NCBI GenBank assembly: GCA_964202905.1
Contig: CAXNJO010000006.1
Location: 320,001-384,000, forward strand
Direction: 5' to 3'
From: Polyangiales bacterium
GTDB lineage: Bacteria > Myxococcota_A > Polyangia > Polyangiales > JADJQN01
Length of the DNA: 64,000 bases
The notes under the pieces are model-generated. The model was not told where the DNA came from. It saw nothing but the letters and a program-made list of their open reading frames with translations, and made no database searches. The stretch's first letter is position 1; every line of letters begins with the position of its first letter. A program made the translations under genes and the position numbers. Of the stretch, positions 48,108 to 63,699 are shown piece by piece.

Positions 48108-49721
48108 TCACCACGGCACGGCGCGGTAGTCCTTGAGGAAGAGCCCCCAGAGGTGCTCGCCGGTGTTCAATCCGTGGAAGATCGGGTCGACGATGCGCGC
48201 CGCGCCGTCGACGATGTCGAGCGGCGGGTGGAAACCGTGGATCTCCGTCTTGCGCTCGGCGAGCGCGGCGGGGTCTTCGTCGGTGACCCAGCCGGTGTCC
48301 ACGCTGTTCATGTGGATTCCGTCCTGCACGTAATCCGGCGCAGACGTGCGCGTGAGCATGTTGAGCGCGGCCTTCGCCATGTTCGTGTGCGGGTGTTTGT
48401 CCGTCTTGTGCTCGCGGTAGAACTGACCTTCCATCGCCGAGACGTTGACGATGTGTTTGTCGCCGGTGCGGTGCCGCACCATGAGCGGCTTGAGGCGCGC
48501 GCTCAGCACGAAGGGCGCGATGGCGTTGACGAGCTGCACCTCGAGCAGCTCGATGGTCGGCACCTCCGCGAGCGTGAGGCGCCACGAGTTGAGCGCGCGC
48601 AGATCGACCTGCTGCAGATCTTGATCGAGCGCACCCGCGGGGAAGAGCAGCGCGCTCGACGCGTGATCCTCGGCGAGCAGCGGCACCTGCGAGAGCGCGG
48701 GCGCGTCGTGGGGCGTGCCCTGCCGCGCGGCGTGCGTCGCGTGGCGCGCGAGCAGCTGCGCCTCGCCCGCGGGCAGCGCCGCGAGCGGCTGCGCCTCGCC
48801 GTCCATCAGGTGCGCGTAAAAGCCGGGCGGGCGCCGTACCGTCTGGCAGGCGTTGTGGAGGATGAAGTCGAGGCGGTCGTAGGTCTCGCTGACGTGCCGC
48901 GCGAAGGACTCGACGCTCGGCGTGTGGCGCAGGTCGAGGCCGTAGATGTCGAGGCGATCGCGCCACTCGGCGTAGTCCGCCTCGCGCGCGTAGCGGCGCG
49001 CCGCGTCCTGCGGGAAGCGTGTCGTCGCGAGCACGTGCGCGCCGGCGCGCAGCAGCAGGATCGACGCCTGATACCCGATCTTCACGCGCGCCCCGGTGAC
49101 GAGCGCGACGCGGCCGCGGCAATCGGCCGTCTGTTGCCGCTTGTTCCAGTTCAGCTCGGCGCAGCGCGCGCACAGCTGGTCGTAGAAGAAGTGCGCGTGC
49201 TGGAACGCCGCCTTGCACACGTAGCACTTGCGCGGCTCGTTCAGCGCGCGCGTCGGGTCGCCGCTCGCGTCGTGCGGCGGGGTCGGCGCGGCGTGCGTCG
49301 GCGCGGCGTGCGGGGAGGGGCGCTGCGGCGCAGGGAGGGGCGCGTGGGCCGCCGGGTCGTGTCCGCCGGCGAGCGCCCGGACGGGCGGGATCGCCGCGAG
49401 CGACGGAGTCGGGAAGACGGGCGCGCGGCGGAGCGCGCGGATCCCGGTGTCGTCGAGCACCGCCTCGTCCTCGGCGCGCACGTCGTGGCGCTCCCTCTTG
49501 CGGAAGGCCTTCGCGAGCTTGCGCGCCTCGCCCCGCGCGGGTCGGGACACGCGGCCGGCGGACATCAGCAGCCGCTGCCGCGCGTCCTCGGGCACGTCGA
49601 CGAGCTGCGCGCGGTCCTCGATGAACGCGTCGAGCAGGGAGATGGCGTCCTCGACGCGGGCGAGCAGCGCCTCGCGCGCGGTCACGTCGAGCGGGGTCTT
49701 CGGAGGCGGGCGGTCGCTCAC
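48108..49721 (-). CDS. Atypical SDR oxidoreductase with an N-terminal extension and CxxC..CxxC motif
   Basis: CYVC..CARC, ALVTGARVKIG, VNVSAMEG, HTNMAKAALN, VDTGWV. The GTG start is approximate. Confidence 0.8.
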   Translation of the reverse strand: MSDRPPPKTPLDVTAREALLARVEDAISLLDAFIEDRAQLVDVPEDARQRLLMSAGRVSRPARGEARKLAKAFRKRERHDVRAEDEAVLDDTGIRALRRAPVFPTPSLAAIPPVRALAGGHDPAAHAPLPAPQRPSPHAAPTHAAPTPPHDASGDPTRALNEPRKCYVCKAAFQHAHFFYDQLCARCAELNWNKRQQTADCRGRVALVTGARVKIGYQASILLLRAGAHVLATTRFPQDAARRYAREADYAEWRDRLDIYGLDLRHTPSVESFARHVSETYDRLDFILHNACQTVRRPPGFYAHLMDGEAQPLAALPAGEAQLLARHATHAARQGTPHDAPALSQVPLLAEDHASSALLFPAGALDQDLQQVDLRALNSWRLTLAEVPTIELLEVQLVNAIAPFVLSARLKPLMVRHRTGDKHIVNVSAMEGQFYREHKTDKHPHTNMAKAALNMLTRTSAPDYVQDGIHMNSVDTGWVTDEDPAALAERKTEIHGFHPPLDIVDGAARIVDPIFHGLNTGEHLWGLFLKDYRAVPW

Positions 49722-49859
49722 GGCGGAGACGCTTAGCACGGGGGCGCGCGCACCGAGCCGTGAACGCGCGGTCACGGCGCGCAGGGGCCCGAGCGTGAAG
49801 CGTCGGCTGCACCGCGCGGACGCATCGCGCCGAACCACGGGAAACGCGGCGCGTTCTGC

Positions 49860-49875
49860 TGGCATGCTTCTGGCT
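49860..49875 (+). promoter_or_regulatory. Possible sigma-54 (-24/-12) promoter
   Basis: TGGCATGCTTCTGGCT has GG-N10-GC spacing, about 70 bp upstream of ATG 49944. Confidence 0.35.
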
Positions 49876-49943
49876 CGAGGGGACCGCCGGGCGCTGTCCC
49901 GCGCGCCGCTCCCCCGCGCAGCCGGGCCCCCGAGAGGAAAGCC

Positions 49944-50507
49944 ATGAACCGTCGTCCGCGCCTCCGTCCGCTCCTCCGCCCGCTCCTCGTCGTCGTCGGC
50001 CTCGTCGCGCTCGCGTCCCCGGGCTGCGCCCGCGAGGACGACGGCCTCACCGTCCGTGGGACGCTGCGCGGCGCGCTCGCCGGCGGTGAGAGCGCGTTCG
50101 GCTTCGCGACCGAGACCCGCCTCTACGACGACCGCGTCGCGCCGGGTGACGGCGCCATCGCCGGGCACTGCACGATCCGCGTCGGCCGCGCGGGCGAGCC
50201 CGACGTCGTGTCCATCGGCCTGTCGCGCAGCGGGGCCGTGCCTGCGGGCGATCGCGGCCTGCGCGCGGTCGCCGTGCAGATCGACGACCCGGCCGGGCCG
50301 CGCGGCGTCGCGAGCGCGACCTTCGGCGCGGGCGAGACGTTCGCGGGGGGGCCGGGCGCCGGCTGCGTGATCGCCCTCGACCACGACGCCGAGTCCCGCT
50401 ATGTCGCGGTCACCTTCACCGATTGCAGCCTCGCGGGCACCGGCACCGACGTCGCGACGCTCGACGGTGAGCTCGAGTTCGCGGGCTGCGACGTGCGCGT
50501 CCCCTGA
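49944..50507 (+). CDS. Hypothetical lipoprotein
   Basis: GAGAGGA RBS, basic N-terminus, hydrophobic core, ASPGC lipobox. Confidence 0.7.
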   Translation: MNRRPRLRPLLRPLLVVVGLVALASPGCAREDDGLTVRGTLRGALAGGESAFGFATETRLYDDRVAPGDGAIAGHCTIRVGRAGEPDVVSIGLSRSGAVPAGDRGLRAVAVQIDDPAGPRGVASATFGAGETFAGGPGAGCVIALDHDAESRYVAVTFTDCSLAGTGTDVATLDGELEFAGCDVRVP

Positions 50508-50562
50508 GCGCGCGCGCCGGAACGGACGGCCCCCGCGCGTCGGGTCGTGCTAGCGTCGCCGG

Positions 50563-50650
50563 GCTCGCTCGGGGCGCGGTGGTCGCGAGGCCATCGCTGA
50601 GAAGCACCCGTCGAACCTGATCCGGCTCGCACCGGCGGAGGGAAGCGCAG
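50563..50650 (+). ncRNA. TPP (THI-box) riboswitch
   Basis: GGGG..CTGAGA..ACCCG.CGAACCTGATC..GGAGGGAAGC conserved elements directly upstream of thiC. TGcTAGCGT -10-like box at 50548-50556. Confidence 0.93.
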
Positions 50651-50734
50651 CGCCGCGGGGACACGCCCGCCCGCCGTCCAGCCCCTCGATCGCGTGCGCG
50701 CCGCTCAGTCAACGCGACTCGCAACGAGGGACCG

Positions 50735-52543
50735 ATGACGACTCAGCACCCGCTCCCGCGCCACGGCGCGTCGAACCCCGGCTCGCGCGGCGAAGGCACG
50801 AACCCCGGCTCCTTCGCGAACGCCCCCGACGTCGGCGGCCCGCGCGCCTACTCCTCGCCCGACACGCCGGGCATGCCGCAGCCCTCCGCGAAGACGGCGT
50901 GGGACTTCCTCCCGGACGGCTGGTCGACCACGACCGACGCGCTCGGCCGCACCGTCGCCGTCGCCCCCGCGGGCTTCGTGCCCATCACGCAGCTCGAGCA
51001 CGCGCGGCTCGGCGTCGTCACGAAGGAGATGGAGCGCGTCGCGGCGCGTGAGCCGCACCTCACGGCCGAGCAGCTGCGCGTCGAGATCGCGGCGGGCCGC
51101 ACGATCATCCCCGCGAACCGCAACCACCTCGCGCAGCGCCTCGACCCGATGGCGATCGGCCGCGCGACGCGCACCAAGATCAACGCGAACATGGGCGCCT
51201 CGCCCGTGTCCTCGTCGCTGGCCGAAGAGGTCGAGAAGCTCCACTTCGCCAAGCGCTGGGGCGCCGACACCGTCATGGATCTCTCGACGGGCGGCGACCT
51301 CGACGCGACGCGCGGCGCGATCGTCGACGCGAGCACGGTGCCCATCGGCACGGTGCCCATCTACGCGATGATCATCGGCCGCAAGATCGAGGACCTCACG
51401 AAGGAGGTCATCCTCGCCGAGCTGCGCCACCAGGCCGCGCAGGGCGTCGACTACTTCACCATCCACGCGGGCGTGCTGCGCGCGCACCTGGCCTTCGTGC
51501 AGCGGCGCCTCATCGGCATCGTCTCGCGCGGCGGCTCGCTCCTCGCGAAGTGGATGCTCGTGCACGGGCAGGAAAACCCGATGTACCAGTGGTTCGACGA
51601 GATCTGCGACATCATGCGCGCGCACGACGTCTCCTTCTCGCTCGGCGACGGCCTGCGCCCCGGCGGCCTCGCCGACGCCTCCGACGCCGCGCAGCTCTCG
51701 GAGCTCTACACGCTCGGCGAGCTCACCGAGCGCGCGTGGCGCAAGGGATGTCAGGTGATGGTCGAGGGCCCGGGCCACGTCCCCTTCGATCAGATCGAGT
51801 TCAACATGAAGTTGCAGCGCACCGTGTGTCACGGCGCGCCCTTCTACGTGCTCGGGCCGCTCGTGACGGATGTCTTCCCCGGCTACGACCACATCACCTC
51901 GTGCATCGGCGCGACGGCGGCCGCCTACCACGGCGCCTCGATGCTCTGCTACGTGACGCCGAAGGAGCACGTCGGCCTCCCCAAGCAGGACGACGTCAAG
52001 CAGGGCTGCATCGCCTACAAGATCGCGGCGCACGCGGCCGACGTCGCGCTCGGCATCCCCGGCACGCGCGACTGGGACGACGACCTCACCAAGGCCCGCG
52101 CCGCGCTCAACTGGGAGAAGCACTTCGAGCTCGCCTTCGACGGCGACGTCGCGCGCGCCTTCCACGACGAGGACCTCGACGTCGACACCGACTTCTGCGG
52201 CATGTGCGGCCACGACTGGTGCTCGGTGCGCATCAGCAAGGAGATCGTCGAGTTCGCGTCGGGCAAGGCCGAGGGCTTCGAGCGCGGCCGCCCCGTCGTC
52301 TCCGCCGCGCTCACGCCCGAGCAGCAGCAGATCCTCGCCCGCCGCGGCGTGCTCCCCGCCGAAGAGCTCCACCGCCTCGCCCGCAAGACGCGCAAGGCCG
52401 TCGGCGCCGACACCGGCAGCAAGGCCGGCTGCCACAGCGACGTCGTCGACGCCGCCTCCGCGCAGCGCGTCCACGAAGAGCGCCTCGAGGCGAAGGTCGT
52501 CCCCGTTCGCGTCGCCCCCACCGACGCGACGCCGGGCGAGTAG
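50735..52543 (+). CDS. thiC: Phosphomethylpyrimidine synthase
   Basis: [34 protein letters not shown]-terminal CGMCGHDWC. Confidence 0.98.
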   Translation: MTTQHPLPRHGASNPGSRGEGTNPGSFANAPDVGGPRAYSSPDTPGMPQPSAKTAWDFLPDGWSTTTDALGRTVAVAPAGFVPITQLEHARLGVVTKEMERVAAREPHLTAEQLRVEIAAGRTIIPANRNHLAQRLDPMAIGRATRTKINANMGASPVSSSLAEEVEKLHFAKRWGADTVMDLSTGGDLDATRGAIVDASTVPIGTVPIYAMIIGRKIEDLTKEVILAELRHQAAQGVDYFTIHAGVLRAHLAFVQRRLIGIVSRGGSLLAKWMLVHGQENPMYQWFDEICDIMRAHDVSFSLGDGLRPGGLADASDAAQLSELYTLGELTERAWRKGCQVMVEGPGHVPFDQIEFNMKLQRTVCHGAPFYVLGPLVTDVFPGYDHITSCIGATAAAYHGASMLCYVTPKEHVGLPKQDDVKQGCIAYKIAAHAADVALGIPGTRDWDDDLTKARAALNWEKHFELAFDGDVARAFHDEDLDVDTDFCGMCGHDWCSVRISKEIVEFASGKAEGFERGRPVVSAALTPEQQQILARRGVLPAEELHRLARKTRKAVGADTGSKAGCHSDVVDAASAQRVHEERLEAKVVPVRVAPTDATPGE

Positions 52544-52601
52544 CCGCGCAGCGCAGACGAGCGCGGGGCGGGGCGTCGCGCGCACGTCCCCGCAGCGCGC
52601 G

Positions 52602-53165
52602 TCAGCCCCAGAGATCGGCGAGGTGGATCGCGACGGCGTCGAACGGCTCGATGCGCACGACGTCGTCGTCGCTCCACGTCCCGAGCTCGAGCCAGCGCCC
52701 GTCGTGGAGCCGGCTCGCCGTGAGCGTCCGCGCGTCGGCGTCCACGATCCACATCCAGCCCACGCCGGCTTGCGCGTAGAGCGGCCGCTTCCGCTTCAGA
52801 TCGTGGGCGCGCGTCGTCGGGGAGAGCACCTCGCACACCCAATCCGGGGCGAGCGTGATGCTCCCCTCGGGCAGCGCGGGCAGACGCTCCCGGCGCCATC
52901 CACCGAGGTCGGGCACGATCTCCTCGATGTCGAGCGCCGCGAGCGCCACGCCGGGCTCGTCCAGAATCCACCAGCCGCCCGGTCCGCCCCGCCCCCGATC
53001 GTACGGACCGACGAGGTCCCCGCCGAGCCCCGACGCCGCACGCGCATGCCGCGGCCGCGGCCGCGGAAACGTGTGCAATACCCCGACGATCAGCTCGCCG
53101 ACGACGCTCTCCGGCAGCGCCTCCAAATCCGCGCGCGTCGCGCGCTCTCGTGGCGCGTCGGTCAT
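52602..53165 (-). CDS. Uma2-family endonuclease
   Basis: GGPGGWWILDEP, VPDLGGWRRER, PDWVCEVLSP. Confidence 0.92.
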   Translation of the reverse strand: MTDAPRERATRADLEALPESVVGELIVGVLHTFPRPRPRHARAASGLGGDLVGPYDRGRGGPGGWWILDEPGVALAALDIEEIVPDLGGWRRERLPALPEGSITLAPDWVCEVLSPTTRAHDLKRKRPLYAQAGVGWMWIVDADARTLTASRLHDGRWLELGTWSDDDVVRIEPFDAVAIHLADLWG

Positions 53166-53174
53166 GGGGCGACA

Positions 53175-54970
53175 CTAGCAGGGGAGGCGTGTCGACGGGG
53201 ATGGGCGGGGAGCATGCCGGGAACCAGAGAGCGCAGCGTGTTCATTCACGCGCTTCCGTGCGCGACGTGGGCGCGCTCGCGTCCGCGTCATCTCGGGCTC
53301 GAAGAGCCCGAGCCCGAAGTGGCTCGCGTAGCCGAGCGCCAGCGGCCCGCGCACGGCCTCCCCGAACGTGAGGCGCAGGTGGTAGCCGACCCGCTGCGGC
53401 GGCTGTCGTTGCGGGTCCAGGCGCTCGCGTCGGTGCGTGCGGTAGCGCGGTGAGGGTGTGGGGAGGCCCGCCGCGTCGACCCACGTCGGCTGCCGCGCGT
53501 CGTCCAGCACCTCGACCTCGACCTGCACGTCGTCGACGCCCTCGAAGCCGCGGCTCGCGAGCTCGGCGCGCACCTGGCCCGCGAGGTCGTTCCGACCGCG
53601 GCGCTTGAGATGGCGAGGCGGCACGAAGGGCGTCGAGGAGACCCAGCGCGCCGACGCGGCGACGACCGGGACCGTCTTCGCCAGTTCGGCGAGCTCGGCC
53701 TGGCGCGCCTTCGCTCCCGCGTGGAGATCGCCCGCGAGTCCGACGAGCGTGACGAAGTAGGTGTGGTTCTTCGTGTAGCTCGACGTCACCGTCCTCAGCG
53801 CGTGGAGCGCGTCGGCGTCGAAGCCGCCCTTGCAGTGGACGAGCACGTGGTCGATCCGCCGCTCCTCCCGCCCGCTGGCGTCGCGTGCGCCGCCGGCGTC
53901 GAGCGCGAGCGGCAGGAGCTCGGCGTGGCGGTGGCCCGCGTCACGCGCGTTGTGCCCGTCGCGCGGAGCCCCCGTGAAGCACCAGGAGCTCCCGTGCCCG
54001 GTGTCCGAGCGCTTCACGAGCGCGTCGTGGAGGCTCTCCAGCCGCAGCAACGCATCGGAGAACGAAGGCAGCCGGTTGCCGTGGCGCGTGTCGGAAGCCA
54101 GCGCCAGCAGCGCGAGCGTCGGCGACTCCCGCGTGCTCCGCGCGCTGCCCACCGGACTCCGCGCCGAGAGGGCCTCGGCCGGGCGCCAGTACGACAGCCA
54201 TCGACTCCCGGGCGGCTGACTCCAGCCGAAGCTCCGCAGGTCGCCCGTTTCGACCTGCAGCGCCTCCACGAGCGTCGTTGGATAGGGCGCCTCGAGGCGC
54301 GCCTCGTCCTTGGCAGAGAGCTTCGTGGGCGCCTTCTTCCCCTTCGCGGCCGCTGCGAGCCTGGCCTTCTCGCGCGAGACGTCGCGCGCGCGGCCGAGCT
54401 CGCCGTCTCTCCAGGCCGCGTAGGCGTCCGCGTCGGTGGGCGCGAGCAGCGGGATCCGCTCGTGGCCGAGGACGGGCACATCGCTGACCGCGCAGCGCAT
54501 CCGACCACGCTCGCGGGTCTCGTCGACGCGGCGCAGCTCGGCCCACGACTCCGCGCGCCCGAGGTACGCGACGCCGCCCGCGAGCTGCTCGACGAGCGCG
54601 AGGCTCGCGTCGTCGAGCGCGACGTCCCACACGATCCCGAGCTCGCTCGTGCGCCCCACATCCGCGAACGCGTCGAGGATCTTGTCGCTGCGGACCTTGC
54701 GCCCCTCGTTGGCCGGCATGTAGTGCCGCGTGTGCGCAGCGCTCGCGGGCGGGAGCCAGTACGTCGGCGGGCTGGCCGCGAGCTGCTCGAAGAGCCTGCG
54801 CGCGTCGGGCGGTGGCTCGCGCCAGGCGAGCTTCGTGAAGCCCGCCGCGAGGAGCGCGCGGAGCACGCGCCACGGGCTCGGCGGCCACTCGACGACGCCT
54901 TCGTTGACGTGCCTGCCCCACGGCGTCGCGTGGTAGCGCCCCGTGAGGAAGTTCGCTTCGAGGCGCAGCA

Positions 54971-54971
<1 letters not shown>
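53175..54971 (-). CDS. csb2: Type I-G Cas5/Cas6 fusion Csb2
   Basis: GRYHATPWG..EWPPSPWR..RAL, YLGRAES, W.SSTPFV, Cas6 G-loop GPLALGYASHFGLGLF. About 38 non-conserved-looking residues follow it. TGATG overlap with csb1. Confidence 0.9.
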
Positions 54972-60827
<5,856 letters not shown>

Positions 60828-60861
60828 CGAATCTCCGTCAGCATGCCGAGCGACTGCGCAA

Positions 60862-60883
60862 AGGAGGTGGAGGGCCACCTCCT
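60862..60883. promoter_or_regulatory. Perfect 9-bp inverted repeat upstream of cas3
   Basis: aggaggtgg-aggg-ccacctcct, about 35 bp before the cas3 ATG. Confidence 0.45.
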
Positions 60884-61004
60884 ACCCGAAGACGCCCACC
60901 TCAGGGGATGACGATCGCCCTGCGAGGCGTGCGCATGCGTGCCCAGACGCGCCGCGCCCCGCCCGGCTGACAGCGCGCCTCGCGTTCACCACCGAGCGAC
61001 GGGC

Positions 61005-62376
61005 TCATCCCGCTGCCCGCGCCCGCGCGATCTCGCGGAGCGTCATCGGGCCGCGCAGCAGGCTCAGGGCCCAGCGCGGCTGCAGGAGCGTGAGCGCGTT
61101 GCGGCCCGCGGTGCGCACCACGAACCAGCGCGGGGCGATCTTCTGGACGAGCTGGTCGACGTCGCCGCGGCGCTTCTCGCCGAGGCCCTCGATCACGCGG
61201 GCGCGGTCGGCGTCGGTCTGCAGGCGGCCGAGCATCCACGTGCCGGCGTTGCCGAGCGCGCGGTAGTCGAGGTCCATCGGGTTCTGCGTCGCGAGGAGGC
61301 AGCCCACGCCGAAGGCGCGCGCCTGCTTCATCAGCGCGACGAGCGGGCGCTTGGTCGGCGGCGCGTGCGGGTGCGGCGGCAGGTAGCCGTACACCTCGTC
61401 GAACACGATCAGCGCGCGCAGGCGCCCGGTGCCCGGCAGCGAGCGCACCCACGCGAGCGCCTCCTCGAGCACCACGCCGAGGGCGAGCATGCGCTCGTCC
61501 TCCCCGAGGTGCGCGACGCTCACCACCGTCGCCGGGGTGCGCCCCGCGACGGGCGCCATCCAGCGGCCCACGTCGAGGTCCTGGCCCTGCCGCCAGCGCG
61601 CGAGCGTGCTCGACGGCGATGAGCGTGTTGAGGTCCGCCGCGAGCTCCGCGCGCGCCTTCGCGCCGAGGTAGGCGTCGACGGGGAGCGCGCCGAGCTCCG
61701 CGAAGGGCGGCTCGATCACGTCGGGCAGCAGCGCGGCGAGGTCCGCCGGCTGCCTCGCCGCGTGGCGCCGCTCGGCGATGGCCGTGAGCAGGGCGTGCGC
61801 GCGGCTCTGCGCCGGGTCCGCGTCGCGGCCCATCAGGCGCAGCACCATCGAGACGGCGGCCTCGAGCGTGGCGCGCGCGCCGTCGACGTCGTGGTCCCAG
61901 CGCGGCGAGCGGCGCTCGAGCGCGCTCAGCAGGTGCAGCGGCTCGCCCGCGTCGCTGCCGGGCGTGATCACGCGGACGTGCGTGCGCGCGCAGTAGCCCG
62001 CGAGGTCGCGCGCCGTGATCTCCCAGCGCGTGAGCTCCTCCCGGCGCCGCGCCGCGAAGGCCGCGACGAGCGGCGGGTCGGCGACGCCGTCCTCGTCCCC
62101 GCGCGCGGCCTCGACCCACGGCGCGAGCGGCGCGGCGTCGAAGCCGGGGAAGGCGAGCGCGAGGTTGGCGAGGTCGCCCTTCACGTCGAGTAGCAGCACG
62201 GGCACGCCCGCGCGCAGCGCCTCCTCGACGAGCACGGTGACGAGCCCCGTCTTGCCCGAGCCCGTCATGCCGACGACCACGCCGTGCGTGACGAGCTCGT
62301 CGCCGTCGAGGGTGAAGTCGCCCTGCGCCGCGCCCCGCACGGTGCGCCGCGCGCCGAGGCGCAAGGGGAGGGGCAC
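61005..62376 (-). pseudogene. HerA/FtsK-like (DUF87-type) ATPase with a +1 frameshift near 61615 (real or assembly error)
   Basis: THGVVVGMTGSGKT, LLDVKGD, then after the frameshift VFDEVYGY, LMKQARAFGVG and ATQNPMDLDY. About 456 aa when repaired. Confidence 0.8.
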
Positions 62377-63180
62377 TCAGCTCCCCGGTCGGGCCGGGTC
62401 AGCGGGCGCGCCCGGCGTGTCGCCGCGCGGATCGACGAAGGGCGTCGGGTCGTCGACGCCCGGGCCGCCGCCGCCGCCGCCGCCACTGCCGCCGTTGCCG
62501 CCACTGCCGTTGCGACGCTCCGCGAGGCCCATGCGGATCAGGTAGTCGCGGCGCTTGATGGTCAGGCGCGCGATCTCGCTCCACTCCGTGTACCAGTCGC
62601 GCAGCGCGAGGAGCGTCTCGAGGTACTCGGGGCCGTCGCGGAAGTCGGGCGGCAGCGCCTCGGCCGCGCGCTTGGCGTCCTGCACGAGCCCCCGGAGGCG
62701 CCTGCGCTCGGCCGCGTCGAGCCCGCGCCGGGCCAGCGTCTCGAGCGCCGCGCGCCCCGCGTCGTCGTCCTCTTCCGCGTCGAGCCGGTCGAGCAGGGCG
62801 GCGACGTTCAGCACGGCGCCCGGCCCCTCGACGGGCGCGAGGCCCGCGAGCACGCGCGCGCGCACCTCCGGGTGCCGCGTCAGCCCCGCGGCGACGAGCT
62901 TCAGGCCCGACTCGTCCCAGTTGTCGAGCTCGGCGACGGCGAGCGCGCCCTCGTTCTTCTCGCGGCGCTCCTCGGCCGGGTCGCCGATGAGCGTCTGCAC
63001 GAGCGCCCAGCCGCGCCGGTGCTCGGCCGCGTCGTAGCCGCGCGCGCTCATCAGCGTGAAGGGCCCCGGCGAGGTGCCGAGCGCGATGAGCATGTCGAGC
63101 GCGCGCTGCGTGGTCTGCTCCAAGGTCTCGAGCGAGACCCCCGCCGACGCGAGGGTCCGCCGCTTCTTCTGGTTCGCCAT
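62377..63180 (-). CDS. Hypothetical alpha-helical protein (267 aa), directly abutting the ATPase start
   Basis: AAGGGGG RBS-like sequence and host-like codon usage. Motifs GYDAAEHRRGW, LDNWDE, WYTEWSEIAR..RRDYLIRMGL, Gly-rich tail. Confidence 0.75.
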   Translation of the reverse strand: MANQKKRRTLASAGVSLETLEQTTQRALDMLIALGTSPGPFTLMSARGYDAAEHRRGWALVQTLIGDPAEERREKNEGALAVAELDNWDESGLKLVAAGLTRHPEVRARVLAGLAPVEGPGAVLNVAALLDRLDAEEDDDAGRAALETLARRGLDAAERRRLRGLVQDAKRAAEALPPDFRDGPEYLETLLALRDWYTEWSEIARLTIKRRDYLIRMGLAERRNGSGGNGGSGGGGGGGPGVDDPTPFVDPRGDTPGAPADPARPGS

Positions 63181-63370
63181 CCACAACCCCCTTCCCGAAA
63201 GGTCCAAGGCGACGGCGCCGATGCCATCGCAGCGGAGAAACGCTCCGACACCACGCTGCCCGATGTCAAGCGCGAACGTCGGCGCGCGCACGTCGCGCAC
63301 GAACGGGGCGCAGCGGTCGCGGGGAGGCCTGCTGGGCGCGTCGCCGGGCCGCCGGACGCGCCCGGGTCGG

Positions 63371-63585
63371 CCTGCCGGTCCGCCCCGGCAGGCTCCCTGG
63401 AGGCGCCGGCAGGCATCGTCCACCGCCCCGGCAGGCTCGCCGGAGGCGCCGGCAGGCATCGTCCCCCGCCCCGGCAGGCTCCCCGGAGGCGCCGGCAGGC
63501 ATCGTCCCCCGCCCCGGCAGGCTCCCCGGAGGCGCCGGCAGGCTTCCCCGCGGCGCCGGCAGGTTGCGTTCCACGCCCCGGCAGG
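63371..63585. repeat. Higher-order tandem array: 10 CCGGCAGG cores at 21/22-bp spacing (43-bp super-unit) plus one inverted core
   Basis: Cores start at 63385, 63406, 63428, 63449, 63471, 63492, 63514, 63535, 63556 and 63578. Inverted CCTGCCGG at 63371. Confidence 0.92.
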
Positions 63586-63699
63586 CTTCCCGGCGGCTGC
63601 CTCGCGCCGGGGGGCGCGGCCAGTGGCTTCGAGGCCGGCTCCAGAGGGACCGAGGGGCACGCGGGCGCGACTTCGCGATTTCGCGTTACCCTCTCCCCC

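Noticed and set aside
52602..53177. Uma2 as a co-transcribed cas accessory nuclease
   Set aside because: Although only 9 bp from the csb2 ORF end, it has its own TGcTAGTGT -10-like box, and the csb2 tail reaching it looks like read-through. The linkage is unproven.
63264..63269. Perfect TTGACA (-35) on the minus strand upstream of the 63180 gene
   Set aside because: There is no -10-like hexamer at 16-18 bp spacing, so a promoter cannot be supported.
63371..63585. Possible CRISPR or other guide array for the type I-G system
   Set aside because: The inter-core sequences are 13-14 nt and repeat themselves, so there is no spacer diversity.
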